Part shown: positions 1 through 10,010 of the stretch, one piece after another
Numbering within the stretch: the first letter of the stretch is position 1
Layout of the letters: every line of letters starts with the position of its first letter
Origin: Candidatus Micrarchaeota archaeon
Lineage (GTDB): Archaea > Micrarchaeota > Micrarchaeia > Micrarchaeales > CABMGC01
Direction of reading: 5' to 3'
Assembly: GCA_021803425.1 (NCBI GenBank)
Contig: JAJZLN010000030.1
Coordinates: 1-61,628, forward strand
DNA: 61,628 nt
Notes under the pieces: generated by a model
Told to the model about the DNA's origin: nothing
The model's database searches: none
What the model saw: the letters and a program-made list of their open reading frames with translations, nothing else
Position numbers and translations under genes: made by a program

Positions 1-2472
1 GACTCCTGTGTTGCTGAAGTTTATCTGCTGCGATGCTCCATGCGTCAAGTTAACTGTCTGATTGAGCGAAGTTGATGGAGGCACTGTAGTTACCACTGTT
101 GATGGCGTGGTAGTTGGGGCAGTTGTAAGTTGAGTCGTTGGAGGAGGGGATGAAGATGACACTCCAGATCCGCCGGTGCCGAGCGATCCGACCTTCAGCG
201 ATGATGTAAGAGATTCTGAAGTATAGTTTGCGTTTCCGGGATTGGTGAATGTGAATGAATATGTGCCAGGTGAGCCCTGCTCAGTCCAGTGCATCACTGA
301 ATCGGTCTTTCCGAAGAGCGCTCCGTTGACGTAAAGCGACCATGCGCTCTGGTTGCCTATTGTAGGCGTACCAGTGAATGTTACATTCACTGCTGAATAG
401 AAGCCCGCGAAGCCAGGATTGCCAGATGAAGTCGCAGACAGCAAATCGTTCGATTCTACTACCACGGTGTTTGTCACCTGAGGCACTGAATAATGCGTCG
501 TAGTTCCGGTGTCAGTGACTATCACATTGAATACGTAGTTTCCAGGTATTGTGTTTGAATTTAGCGTATTTGTTGATGAAAGAGTAGTTGATGAGACTGT
601 ATTCTGCACTTCTGCGTTGTTGAGCGTGAATGCATATATGAAGTTGCCTGTGCCGCTTCCTCCAGTGACTGCTGCAGTTGTGATTATCGAGTTTCCGTAA
701 AGTATCGAGTTTGTGGCTATTCCGGAGCCAGTCTGCACGGTGAGAGAGACCGACGGAGTTGAATATGCGACTATTTGCGAAGAATGGAGAGAGTTCATTG
801 TAACAGAAATAGATGCATGATCAGAAACGAATACGTTTGACACAAGCGTGTTTCCTGCGTTTCCATTAGCTTGCCAGAGGAATGAGTTTGATGATGTAAG
901 CATGTTAGCCACCTGTATGTTTGTAACGCTGTTGTATACGATGAAGTTGTATGTGTATGGAGGTGTTCCTCCTGTTTCATATGCTGCAAAATTTACGTAT
1001 TGTCCTGTGTCTACGAGCGTGTTCGATGCGGAGATTGTCGGAGTCACGAGCGCAGGATCCACTGTAAGAGTGTTTGAAAGAAGAATGACATTGCTGCCAT
1101 AGTAGTATGGATTGGTTCCGTTGTCCTGCGCAAATCCGTAGAGAGTCCAAGGCCCGTAGAGCGTGTAGCCAGGAAGGAGAGAAAATGTTTTGGAGATTCC
1201 GTTGAATGTTAGAGAGAGCGAGTTGCTTGTAAGCGCATCTATTGAGAGCTGAAGCGCGCCTGTGCCAGACTGCAGACTATTTGGCGTATATATCGGAGTT
1301 TCAGGAAGGCCGCTTATTACGCTTATTGTATTTGTAAAAGTACTGCCCATAAGCCATACATTTCCGGTTACTGGATTAATAGCTAGATCGGCAGAATTCT
1401 GGACACTTATCGTATTCACAACCGTGTTTGTCGCAAGATTAATTGCACTTAGCGTTTGACCCCCCTGATTGCTTACATATGCAAGGGTGTTTGAGGGATT
1501 CAATTGGATTAGTTGAGGGCCGCTTCCTGATGGAACAGAGATAGTATTTACCACTGTGTTTGTAGCGAGGTTGATAATGCTTACTGGATTGCTGTTAAAG
1601 TACGAGACATACGCAAGGGTGTTTGAGGGATTTATTGCAATAAAATCAGGGTCTGAGCTTACGTCTATCGTGTTTACCACAGTATTGGTTGCAAGGTTGA
1701 TCACGCTTACTGAAGCGCTTCCTAAGTTAACTGCGTAACCTAAAGTATTGGAAGGATTTATTGCTATGGTATAGGGATGCACGCCGCCATCCAGTATTGT
1801 ATTTACCACTGTATTTGTAGCGAGATTGATCACGCTTATCTCACCAGGACTTGTAAGCGAAGCCACATATGCAAGTGTGTTGGATGGATTGAATGTTATA
1901 CCAGTTGGATACGAAGTCGAAAGCCCGATTACATTTACCACAGTAAAGGACGATGTGCTTATTACTATTACATTTGGACCGAAGTTGCAGTAGAAATTAG
2001 ATTGTTCAACGTATACCAGCGTATTTGTCGGATTTACTGCAAGTTGGCCCGGGCATGCAACTGGTATTGTTGCAACAACTGAACCTGTTGCCGTATTTAT
2101 AACATTGACTGTGCTTCCTGCATCTACATTGCTTATTATATTTGAATTGACAACATACGCAAGAGTGCCTGAAGGATTGAATGCGACTAACTTAGGATCA
2201 TACCCTTCGGATATTGTACTTACGGTCTGGCTGTTCAGCGCATTTGCCTGCAATCCCACCCATTCTCCAGAATAAGAAAGACCTGCTCCGCCGCTTATGA
2301 ATGTGTTTGCAGTTGCATACTGCCCTATGTCTATTACCGTGTTGGAAAGCGTGAACGGGTTCGGAGAGGCTGAAAGCGAAGCTGCGTATGCTATGCTTTG
2401 AATCAGGGCAAACGCGGATACGATAAGAAGAATGAATGTTCTGGAATTTGCACTCATACGAACCATGGCCAT
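1..2472 (-). CDS. Cell-surface protein (3' end outside window): signal peptide, 7-bladed YVTN-type beta-propeller, Ig/PKD-like stalk, Ser/Thr/Pro-rich linker
   Basis: Missing from the ORF track, translated by hand. Open frame from ATG 2472/2466 to position 1: MAMVRMSANSRTFILLIVSAFALIQSIAYA..., seven repeats like TVVNTI...P..IAINPSNTLAYV...VSVINLATN, then a region colinear with 60628-61506. Confidence 0.85.
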   Translation of the reverse strand, partial: MAMVRMSANSRTFILLIVSAFALIQSIAYAASLSASPNPFTLSNTVIDIGQYATANTFISGGAGLSYSGEWVGLQANALNSQTVSTISEGYDPKLVAFNPSGTLAYVVNSNIISNVDAGSTVNVINTATGSVVATIPVACPGQLAVNPTNTLVYVEQSNFYCNFGPNVIVISTSSFTVVNVIGLSTSYPTGITFNPSNTLAYVASLTSPGEISVINLATNTVVNTILDGGVHPYTIAINPSNTLGYAVNLGSASVSVINLATNTVVNTIDVSSDPDFIAINPSNTLAYVSYFNSNPVSIINLATNTVVNTISVPSGSGPQLIQLNPSNTLAYVSNQGGQTLSAINLATNTVVNTISVQNSADLAINPVTGNVWLMGSTFTNTISVISGLPETPIYTPNSLQSGTGALQLSIDALTSNSLSLTFNGISKTFSLLPGYTLYGPWTLYGFAQDNGTNPYYYGSNVILLSNTLTVDPALVTPTISASNTLVDTGQYVNFAAYETGGTPPYTYNFIVYNSVTNIQVANMLTSSNSFLWQANGNAGNTLVSNVFVSDHASISVTMNSLHSSQIVAYSTPSVSLTVQTGSGIATNSILYGNSIITTAAVTGGSGTGNFIYAFTLNNAEVQNTVSSTTLSSTNTLNSNTIPGNYVFNVIVTDTGTTTHYSVPQVTNTVVVESNDLLSATSSGNPGFAGFYSAVNVTFTGTPTIGNQSAWSLYVNGALFGKTDSVMHWTEQGSPGTYSFTFTNPGNANYTSESLTSSLKVGSLGTGGSGVSSSSPPPTTQLTTAPTTTPSTVVTTVPPSTSLNQTVNLTHGASQQINFSNTGV
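167..1045. repeat. Dispersed repeat copy 1 (paralogous to 60628-61506)
   Basis: Constant offset of 60461 at both anchors; 284-360 vs 60745-60821 match at 76/77 nt. Confidence 0.9.
1300..2230 (-). repeat. Seven ~42-48 aa YVTN-like propeller blade repeats
   Basis: Recurring NPSNTLAYV / INLATNTVVNTI motifs; boundaries approximate. Confidence 0.8.
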
Positions 2473-2583
2473 GAAGTAGTTTTAATAAAGAAGGCTTTAA
2501 AATATGTGTTTTTTTTTTGATTAGCGGAATTACAATTGCTTTTTACCTTAATTTCAGGATGCATGGAGATTTGCCATAATAAA

Positions 2584-3510
2584 TTACTTTATTTCTTTTT
2601 TTAGCTTCTCTATCAGTGATATGTCTGTAGGATTTACTTTGCGCAGCGTTCCCAGATGATAAGAAACATAATCGCCGTAGTGCAGCATGTAAAACATGCG
2701 CGGAATTTGGCTGCTGCCTTTTGGGTTTATCATGTTAAACCTTGATTTTGTTGCCTTCTCTGTTACATTTATGCGCTTCTTTATCTTGCTGGCATCTGAT
2801 CCGAAAACCAGAAAATAAAATTCATCTTTTCTGTACGTCTGCGCTATTGCCATTGTGTCGTTGTGGTTCAGTTCGGGAAAGCTGTTGGAGTAAGCAATGA
2901 CCTTTGCGTTCTCGTTAAACTGCGTCTTCCATCTGTATGCTATGCTGCATAATGGCGGTGAACCGTAGATTACAGGTATGAGGCTCTTTTTTGAGATGTT
3001 CTTAGCGTGAATCTTGCACTCCTCGTCGTTCTTATCAAGCTGGTCTAGGAGCCCATACGACTCATTAATCTCAGACTTGGATATCACACCGAATCCTTTA
3101 AGCAAAGGGATGAGCATGTACCCTGTTGCAGACCTCGGTTGTATGTCGTTCCTCGGTATCTTTATGTTCTGGTCGCCCATCTCGCTGAGCGCTCCGCCAG
3201 AACTTATTGTAACCATATGAGCACCTGCCCTTGCGGCCTGGCTTGCCGCACTTATCGTCTCCTCAGTATTGCCTGAAAAGCTTATCGCTATGAAGAGCGT
3301 TGACTTTGATACAAATTTTGGCACTGCGTAATTGTCTATCAGGTGCACCTTGAATTCAGTGAAGAGCTCCTGGAATATCTTTCCAGCTATTCCTGATCCG
3401 CCCATTCCAGCAATAACCACTTCGCTGGCGCCTGGAGGAACATCAACTTTCTCGTTGAACTTGAGCTGCTCCTTGAGAAATCTCAGTTCATCCATGAATT
3501 CCATGATCAT
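2584..3510 (-). CDS. Bifunctional phosphoglucose/phosphomannose isomerase (SIS domain)
   Basis: GMGGSG, SFSGNTEET, RWKTQFNENAK and PELNHN motifs. Confidence 0.9.
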   Translation of the reverse strand: MIMEFMDELRFLKEQLKFNEKVDVPPGASEVVIAGMGGSGIAGKIFQELFTEFKVHLIDNYAVPKFVSKSTLFIAISFSGNTEETISAASQAARAGAHMVTISSGGALSEMGDQNIKIPRNDIQPRSATGYMLIPLLKGFGVISKSEINESYGLLDQLDKNDEECKIHAKNISKKSLIPVIYGSPPLCSIAYRWKTQFNENAKVIAYSNSFPELNHNDTMAIAQTYRKDEFYFLVFGSDASKIKKRINVTEKATKSRFNMINPKGSSQIPRMFYMLHYGDYVSYHLGTLRKVNPTDISLIEKLKKEIK

Positions 3511-5009
3511 CCCACATCTAATGTTTTCAGCAGCCTGTCCTTCAGGCTTAGTCTCCTCACAAGATGATTGTTTGTATCAACAATATATAGATTGCTGCCG
3601 TTAACCTTTACATCGTTTGGCTCAAAAAGGCCAAGAGTATCGCATTCCGGATCCCCGAACCTGCACATTGATTTTTTGTTGCCTGATATGACATATGATG
3701 ATATGCCGGTCTTCACATCTATTGATTTTATTGCGCTGTTGTATGTATCCGCTACATATATTGTGGTTCCGCTTGAACACAGCCCGATAGGATGCTGAAG
3801 TTTTGTTTCAGAAAGCCTTCCTGCCGCATCACCAAATCTGAAAAGCCCTTCCCCTGCAATAGTGCTTACATGCCTGTCCTTGATTGATATCGACCTTATT
3901 GAGGATGTCTCGCTGTCTGCGACATGTAGCTTGTTCCCGGAAAGCCACAGGCCGCTTGGCTGGGCGAAATCTGCGCCTTCCAGGTCTCCATCGGTTATAT
4001 CCTCCCTTCCGGATCCTGCAAATACGGATATAGTCTTGTTTTTCATTGAATATCTCCATATTTGATGAAGCCCGGCCATTGCAATGAAAATGTAATCCCT
4101 GTAAGCAGCAACATCCCAAGGTGAATTAAGCGCGGTCCCGTCTGCATCGTATTCTATTCCATAATCGATAAGGAACCCTTCTGAGCCCGTTCCTGCAAGC
4201 GTCCTCACCTTCTTCTGATCTAGATCTATTTCCCTTAATGCATGATTTCCAGTATCTGCAACATATACTTTATTTGAATGCCAGAGCACGCCCTGGGGCC
4301 TTGAAAATGATGATTCCCTGAAATTGCCGTCTGAAAGCCCGGGCTTCATGCCTCCTATGGAATTGAGTATCGTTCCTTTTTCAGAATCCGCTATTATTAT
4401 GCGGTTGTGATTTGAGTCGCTCAGCGCGAACATCGAGCCGTCATCGGAGAACGACATCTTTCCGGGATACGAAAGGGCGGAAAAGTTTCTTGGTTTACTT
4501 GTCTTTATCCGTGGTCTGAATCTGGAAATAAGGCCATTGCGCCGATACTTGTCGATTACGTCCTGTATCAGCAATTCTAATTGTGCGACGCTGATCTCAC
4601 CCGCTGCCTTGAATTCTACCCTTCCAGTAGGGCCTATTATCACTACGGTTGGCCATGCGCTTACTCCGAATGCACGCCATATGCGCATGTCCCTGTCCAG
4701 GGCCACAGGATGTTCTATGCCATACCTTGAAACAGCTTCGATGACATTTGCAGGTTTTTTCTCGTTGTCGAACTTTGGGGAGTGAATTCCCAGTATTATT
4801 ACAGGCATTCTTGAATACTTTTTCTCTATCTCCGAAAATACTGGAACGAGATGAATGCAGTTTATGCAGCAGTATGTCCAGAAATCAAGCACTACCACAT
4901 TTCCCCTAAGATTTTTCAGTGATACTTTGAATCTGGTGTTTATCCACTCCGTCCCCTCGGGAAATTCCGGAGCATCGTGCATTATCAGATCCATTATGCC
5001 TTCCGACAT
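3507..5009 (-). CDS. Thioredoxin-like domain plus NHL-repeat protein (NHLRC2-like)
   Basis: DFWTYCCINC, AWPT, then NHL repeats (PQGV, SPWDV, QPSGL, HPIGL); 4-nt overlap with the next gene. Confidence 0.85.
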   Translation of the reverse strand: MSEGIMDLIMHDAPEFPEGTEWINTRFKVSLKNLRGNVVVLDFWTYCCINCIHLVPVFSEIEKKYSRMPVIILGIHSPKFDNEKKPANVIEAVSRYGIEHPVALDRDMRIWRAFGVSAWPTVVIIGPTGRVEFKAAGEISVAQLELLIQDVIDKYRRNGLISRFRPRIKTSKPRNFSALSYPGKMSFSDDGSMFALSDSNHNRIIIADSEKGTILNSIGGMKPGLSDGNFRESSFSRPQGVLWHSNKVYVADTGNHALREIDLDQKKVRTLAGTGSEGFLIDYGIEYDADGTALNSPWDVAAYRDYIFIAMAGLHQIWRYSMKNKTISVFAGSGREDITDGDLEGADFAQPSGLWLSGNKLHVADSETSSIRSISIKDRHVSTIAGEGLFRFGDAAGRLSETKLQHPIGLCSSGTTIYVADTYNSAIKSIDVKTGISSYVISGNKKSMCRFGDPECDTLGLFEPNDVKVNGSNLYIVDTNNHLVRRLSLKDRLLKTLDVG

Positions 5010-5043
5010 AACTTTATTTTATGCACATAAACTTTTATTCGGA

Positions 5044-5355
5044 TTAGTATACCGTATAAGACGTGCCTGGATTATCCGAATATACTGTACAATTGCTTGG
5101 GATCTTCACGTTGCCGAATATTATTACGTCTGACGCTACATATGTGCTGTCAGGCACCTTTGCGCCGCGCTCTACCCATCCCCCTCCGTTGCTGTGCCTT
5201 GAAAAGACCCTTTCGCTGCCGTTTGAGTTGAATATGTATTTACTGCAGGACATATCCAGATCGAGCAGCGTTCTTACTATAGAGGCTTTATTGTAATCCT
5301 TTCTTTCGAGGCTTATCAGTTCCCTGATCGCGGTTTTCGATTGTTTCACAAACAT
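5044..5355 (-). CDS. Small hypothetical protein with a short left-handed beta-helix-like segment
   Basis: HSNGGGWVERGAKVPDSTYVASDVIIFGNVKI. Confidence 0.55.
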   Translation of the reverse strand: MFVKQSKTAIRELISLERKDYNKASIVRTLLDLDMSCSKYIFNSNGSERVFSRHSNGGGWVERGAKVPDSTYVASDVIIFGNVKIPSNCTVYSDNPGTSYTVY

Positions 5356-5427
5356 AGCAATCTATAGAATGATTTTTAAAAAGGTTTAAAAAAGACGAAT
5401 TAGAAGACGACTAATGCCGAACTTGGT

Positions 5428-6312
5428 TTACGCCTTGCTGGCGAAGGCGTATCCGAGGGTGAGCAGGATGAGTTTCGCAACAAGGAAATTTGGGGCTACA
5501 ATCCCGCCTATCGGGCTCAGCTCATTGAAATCTGCACCTATTAGCTCTTTTTTTGTAAGTATGTTCTTTAATATGGATGCAAGTTCGTGAAAACTGAGTC
5601 CGTCAGGTTCGGGAGTGCCAGTACTGGGTAGAATGCTGGGATCTAAAACATCCAAGTCTATTGTTATGTAAACCTTGTTTTTTGTCTTTTTTATTATTTC
5701 ATCCGCAATATCTTCCGCTTTCCTTCCGTGCATGTCCTTTCTGTATATTGTTTCATTGCGGTATTTTTTGAAACCTTCCTCGTCAGTGCTTCTTACGCCT
5801 ACACTGATGCAGCTGCTGCACGACTCCCTTGCCCTAGCCATAACGCAGGCATGGCAGTACTTGCTGCCCATGTATTCGTCGCGGGAGTCGCTGTGGGCAT
5901 CGAAATGTATGACACTGAAGCCGTCCTTCCCGTACTTCTTGCCTTCGGCGCGTATGGAACCCATAGCTATTGAATGCTCTCCTCCAAGAAGAAGGGGCAT
6001 TTTGCCTGCTTCCAATATCAGGCTTACCTCTTTTTCTATCCTGTTTATCGTTTCGTCGGGAGACTTGAAACTGGGTTCAAGCTCTTCAAGGGTGAATATG
6101 CCTATTTTTGTCACGTCGTCGCCTATCTCCTCATTGAAGAACTCAAGATTCCTGCTTGCGTCTATTATTGCGTGGGGACCGTCTCTTGCACCGCTTTTGT
6201 AGGTAGTTGTAGAGTCATAGGGAATAGGGAGTACAACTACCTTTGCACTCTCGTAATCCGGATCAAATACACCGAACAGGTTATATGGCGGCATCTGATG
6301 AAGCACTGGCAT
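5428..6312 (-). CDS. speB: Agmatinase / ureohydrolase
   Basis: GGEHS, DAHSD, DLDVLDP and GTPEPDG motifs; start moved to ATG 6312, just after the upstream stop. Confidence 0.9.
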   Translation of the reverse strand: MPVLHQMPPYNLFGVFDPDYESAKVVVLPIPYDSTTTYKSGARDGPHAIIDASRNLEFFNEEIGDDVTKIGIFTLEELEPSFKSPDETINRIEKEVSLILEAGKMPLLLGGEHSIAMGSIRAEGKKYGKDGFSVIHFDAHSDSRDEYMGSKYCHACVMARARESCSSCISVGVRSTDEEGFKKYRNETIYRKDMHGRKAEDIADEIIKKTKNKVYITIDLDVLDPSILPSTGTPEPDGLSFHELASILKNILTKKELIGADFNELSPIGGIVAPNFLVAKLILLTLGYAFASKA

Positions 6313-6316
6313 AGTA

Positions 6317-7342
6317 TTACAGTTTTTCCAGTCTGTTATTATAATTCTTTGGTTTCCTCGGCTTCCATGTGCTGTTATGGTATGCATGCGATACAAGCAG
6401 TGGCATGGCTATGGTCGCTTCCGAGAACACCATCTGCGTGTGTTTTGTGTCCACCTTGCCCCATGAGTGCGCTTCCTTAAGCGTAGACCCTGACAGCGCC
6501 CCGTCCCTCTCGTCTGCAACAGTTATCTGCACGGCGTATTTGTGCATCGGGGCGGATTTTTTTAGCACCTCGGCTGCGACCACGGTATCCTGGACAAAAT
6601 TCTTGGGCACGCCGCCGCCGACCATGAATATGCCTGTCTCCTTTGCATCCATCTTTACCTTTGTAAGCTCGAGAAAGTCCTTCACGGAATCTATTGACAC
6701 ATGAGAATCCTTGTTTTGCCATTGATGCTTTATAAGGCCGAAGCCTGCACTTGAATCCGAGAAGGCGGGAACGAATATCGGAACCCCTTTTCTGTATGCG
6801 GACAGCACCACTGACTCTTTGTTCTTTCCATGCTTCTCCAGGTATTTCCCCATTTCCATTATGAACTCCCTTGATGAATACGGCTTGGGGTCGAGCCTTC
6901 CTGCTATTTGTGCTATAGTGTCATCGCATATCCTGAGCTCGTCCTCGCTTATGTACGTGTCATATATCCTGTCTATCCTGTTCTTCCTAAGCTCTTCGTC
7001 GTCTGTGAGGCTTGAACCCACATAATGGCTGAAGCCAAGCCCTTCGAAGAAGTCCTGGTCGACAATTATAGCCCCGGTGGATACTATCACATCCACCATG
7101 TTGTTCTCCACCATGCCATATACAAGCTTCTTCAGACCTGCACTAAAGAGAGAGCCAGCAAGGCACAGTATTACTGTGCAATCCTTGTCAGAAAGCATGC
7201 GCTCGTATATCCTTGACGCGTTTGCAAGATTGCGGGATTGAAATGACATTGAAGAGAATGCGTCGAAAAGTTCGGATATGGTATTTGTCTTAATGTCTAT
7301 ATGTTTTATGCGGCTTTTGGAGAACTTGTTTATGTTGGACAT
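6317..7342 (-). CDS. Deoxyhypusine synthase-like protein, bacterial SpeY / 1,9-bis(guanidino)-5-aza-nonane synthase type
   Basis: STGA, RIYDTY, PAFSDSSAGFGL, GGGVPKNFVQDTVV, HKYAVQITVADERDG and EAHSWGKV motifs. Confidence 0.85.
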   Translation of the reverse strand: MSNINKFSKSRIKHIDIKTNTISELFDAFSSMSFQSRNLANASRIYERMLSDKDCTVILCLAGSLFSAGLKKLVYGMVENNMVDVIVSTGAIIVDQDFFEGLGFSHYVGSSLTDDEELRKNRIDRIYDTYISEDELRICDDTIAQIAGRLDPKPYSSREFIMEMGKYLEKHGKNKESVVLSAYRKGVPIFVPAFSDSSAGFGLIKHQWQNKDSHVSIDSVKDFLELTKVKMDAKETGIFMVGGGVPKNFVQDTVVAAEVLKKSAPMHKYAVQITVADERDGALSGSTLKEAHSWGKVDTKHTQMVFSEATIAMPLLVSHAYHNSTWKPRKPKNYNNRLEKL

Positions 7343-7358
7343 GACACCATTCTACAGT

Positions 7359-7877
7359 TTACACATGATCGAGAAGAGGCTGGCTGAATGCGTCGGAATT
7401 AAGAAAATGCGCTACCATTTTTGCGTCCGCCCCGCAGCGCCACAGGCATTCTCTTGCAGACCTTAAGCAGGATTCTTGCTTGTCAGCGAGCTCCAGCTTC
7501 TTGTAGATCTGCGCTGCCTTTCGCAGCTCGGATGCCGCAACAAATGACTGGTATATTTTCTTTTCGAACCCTGACGAGCCCTCCATGGCTTTGTTCCCAG
7601 CCTTTTCATACGCTTTTGCGGCTTCAAGCCCCATGCCCGCCCTTAGGAAGTAACTCCCGGCAACGCCATATAAGTATATGCTGTCAATATACTTCGGGTC
7701 TACGGAAGGATGCATGCCTAATTTCACTCTGTCTATTAATCGGTGCTTGCTTGATTCATATGTCTCGATTATCTCTGCCAGCTTCATTGCGTGTCTAGCG
7801 TGTTTCTCAAAATACATGCTCTTCAAGTTTTCTATCAGCTCTTTTTTATTTTTGCTCAGTTTCTGCATTCTATACAA
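7359..7877 (-). CDS. Hypothetical alpha-helical (TPR-like) protein
   Basis: 172-aa ORF overlapping the upstream gene; AAKAYEKAG-type helical repeats. Confidence 0.55.
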   Translation of the reverse strand: MYRMQKLSKNKKELIENLKSMYFEKHARHAMKLAEIIETYESSKHRLIDRVKLGMHPSVDPKYIDSIYLYGVAGSYFLRAGMGLEAAKAYEKAGNKAMEGSSGFEKKIYQSFVAASELRKAAQIYKKLELADKQESCLRSARECLWRCGADAKMVAHFLNSDAFSQPLLDHV

Positions 7878-8628
7878 TCCTCTCCTTTATTATCCTGTCA
7901 AGCTTGTCTGAAAGCCTTTCGCTTCTTTCCTTGAATCTGATAATCTTGAGCTTTTTCTGCGAAAGCCTTACCTGGAATTTGTCCTTGGGATTAAGTTTCG
8001 CTATTTTTATGCCATCATAAATAAGCATGCCGGAATATTTGGCAACCTCTATCTCTATAGTCATCTGCAAGCCGAAAATTATCGGATTCCTGTACGGTCC
8101 CTCCGCATTTAGGAAGGTGAGGCACATTACATCAGGCGCGAGGATTATGGGACCTCCTGCAGATTTGTTGTATGCCGTTGAGCCTATAGAGCCCGTTATC
8201 AGCGCTCCGTCCCCGCTCATTGTATAGGGATATATCTCATCTCTGTGTCCATCCTTTACCCCGTATATCTTGAATGATATTTCCTCAAGAGAGTTTCTTA
8301 GCAATGCCTCATTCACTGCGTAGTAGCTCTTGCCACAGTATATTATCTCTATCTTGTTTCCTATGTGCTCTATGTTGTAATTCCCAGAGCCAAGATTCTT
8401 CTCGATGAAGGACAGGTCTTTGAGGGTCAGGTCTGAATAGAAGCCTACGCTGCCTTCCTCTCCGCTCCTTATCGGGAGTATTGGGCCTTCGTGATCCCTG
8501 GCTGCGCGCACAAACGTTCCGTCGCCACCCACGGCCAGGCAAATCTCAGCGTCATTGGATACCTTGAATTTTTTATACAGCGATTTGAGTTCAGGATATT
8601 TCTTTTTTGATATTATCTTTATCTCCAT
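7870..8628 (-). CDS. nadK: NAD(+) kinase
   Basis: GGDGT, NE, GDG and GSTAYNKSAGGPI motifs; start moved to MEIKII. Confidence 0.85.
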   Translation of the reverse strand: MEIKIISKKKYPELKSLYKKFKVSNDAEICLAVGGDGTFVRAARDHEGPILPIRSGEEGSVGFYSDLTLKDLSFIEKNLGSGNYNIEHIGNKIEIIYCGKSYYAVNEALLRNSLEEISFKIYGVKDGHRDEIYPYTMSGDGALITGSIGSTAYNKSAGGPIILAPDVMCLTFLNAEGPYRNPIIFGLQMTIEIEVAKYSGMLIYDGIKIAKLNPKDKFQVRLSQKKLKIIRFKERSERLSDKLDRIIKERIV

Positions 8629-8632
8629 GTAA

Positions 8633-10006
8633 TCAGTCCTTGCTTGACTTTCCGTAATAAAAGTGGATGGGCCTTCCAAGCGCTGCGCCTGCCACCTCCT
8701 GCATAAGCTCTGAAAATGTAGGATGAGGATGTATTACGTCCGCCATATCCTCAAGCGTTGCCCCCATCTCTATCGCAAACGCGGCTTCCGATATCATTGC
8801 GTTAGCGTCTGTAGAAACAATTTCAACTCCCTTGATGATATTGCTTTCATCGTATGCTACCTTTATGAACCCGTCTGTCTTTCCGATAGCTATCGCCCTT
8901 CCCAGCGCGGTCAGGGGGAACTTCTTCATCTTTATGCCGTCTCCTTCCATAGTGCCTGCAATTGCTATCTCGGGGTCTGAAAACACCACGGAAGGTATCA
9001 CAGTATTGTCGAATGCAGAGTTCCTGCCTGCCGCGACCTCTGCGGCAATCCCCCCCTGCCTTATCGCCTTGTGTGCAAGCAGCGGTTCCCCTATTACATC
9101 ACCTACTGCAAGTATGCTTGGATCATCAGTTTGAAGTGAATCATTAACTTTAACAAATCCTTTTTCGTCAAGCCTTACCTTTGTGTTTTCAAGCCCAAGT
9201 CCTTTTGTATAAGGCTTAAGGCCTGTTGCAACGATTGTTAGCTCTGAAGTTACTGACTCTCCGTTGCTCAGCGCTATTGTACTGCCGGATCTTGACACCG
9301 GAGATGCTTGCAGGTGCATGTTCACTCCAAGCTCCTGCATCCTCTTTTTGACTAGTGACGATGCGTCCTTGTCGAACTTTGAGAGGATGTCTGAGTGGGC
9401 TATTATATCGACCTTTGCTCCAAGCTTTGCGTAGAGTGTCCCTATCTCAACTGCAACAAATCCTGCGCCTATTATGGCAATGCTTTTTGGCACCTGTTTC
9501 AGCATAAGCGCAGCTTTGTAGTCCAATACGGATTCACCGAACTCAAATCCCTTAAGTTCTGACGGCTCAGAACCAGTAGCTATTATGGCTTTCTTGAAGT
9601 CAAGCTCTTCGCCGTTTACCAGCTGGAGCTTGCTTGAAGAAAGGAACGTGGCCTCGCTCTTTATGACCTCTACACCGTTTGATTTGCATAGGTATTCGAC
9701 CCCCTGCTCAAGCTTCCTCGACACGTCCATCCTCCACTGGTACATTTTTTCCGGGTCTATGCTTGCGCCGCTTGCCTTTATGCCGAATTTTTCCGAGTGC
9801 GTAATATCATAAAAAAGGTCTGCGATGTGTATGAGCGTTTTTGAGGGTATGCACGCGTAGTTAAGGCAGTGCCCGCCCATCTTTTCCTTCTCAACAAGGG
9901 AAACGTTCAGGCCAAGCTGCGCTGCGCGTATTGCGGCCACGTATCCCCCCACTCCTCCCCCTACAACTGCAAGGTCAACCTCCTCAGGCAAGGATCCCAT
10001 CACCAT
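8633..10006 (-). CDS. lpdA: Dihydrolipoamide dehydrogenase (E3)
   Basis: GGGVGG, GGHCLNYACIPSK, HPHPTFSE. Confidence 0.95.
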   Translation of the reverse strand: MVMGSLPEEVDLAVVGGGVGGYVAAIRAAQLGLNVSLVEKEKMGGHCLNYACIPSKTLIHIADLFYDITHSEKFGIKASGASIDPEKMYQWRMDVSRKLEQGVEYLCKSNGVEVIKSEATFLSSSKLQLVNGEELDFKKAIIATGSEPSELKGFEFGESVLDYKAALMLKQVPKSIAIIGAGFVAVEIGTLYAKLGAKVDIIAHSDILSKFDKDASSLVKKRMQELGVNMHLQASPVSRSGSTIALSNGESVTSELTIVATGLKPYTKGLGLENTKVRLDEKGFVKVNDSLQTDDPSILAVGDVIGEPLLAHKAIRQGGIAAEVAAGRNSAFDNTVIPSVVFSDPEIAIAGTMEGDGIKMKKFPLTALGRAIAIGKTDGFIKVAYDESNIIKGVEIVSTDANAMISEAAFAIEMGATLEDMADVIHPHPTFSELMQEVAGAALGRPIHFYYGKSSKD

Positions 10007-10010
10007 ATAT

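Noticed and set aside
795-2082. Short ORFs in the track at 795-2082
   Set aside because: Shadows of the long minus-strand surface-protein gene.
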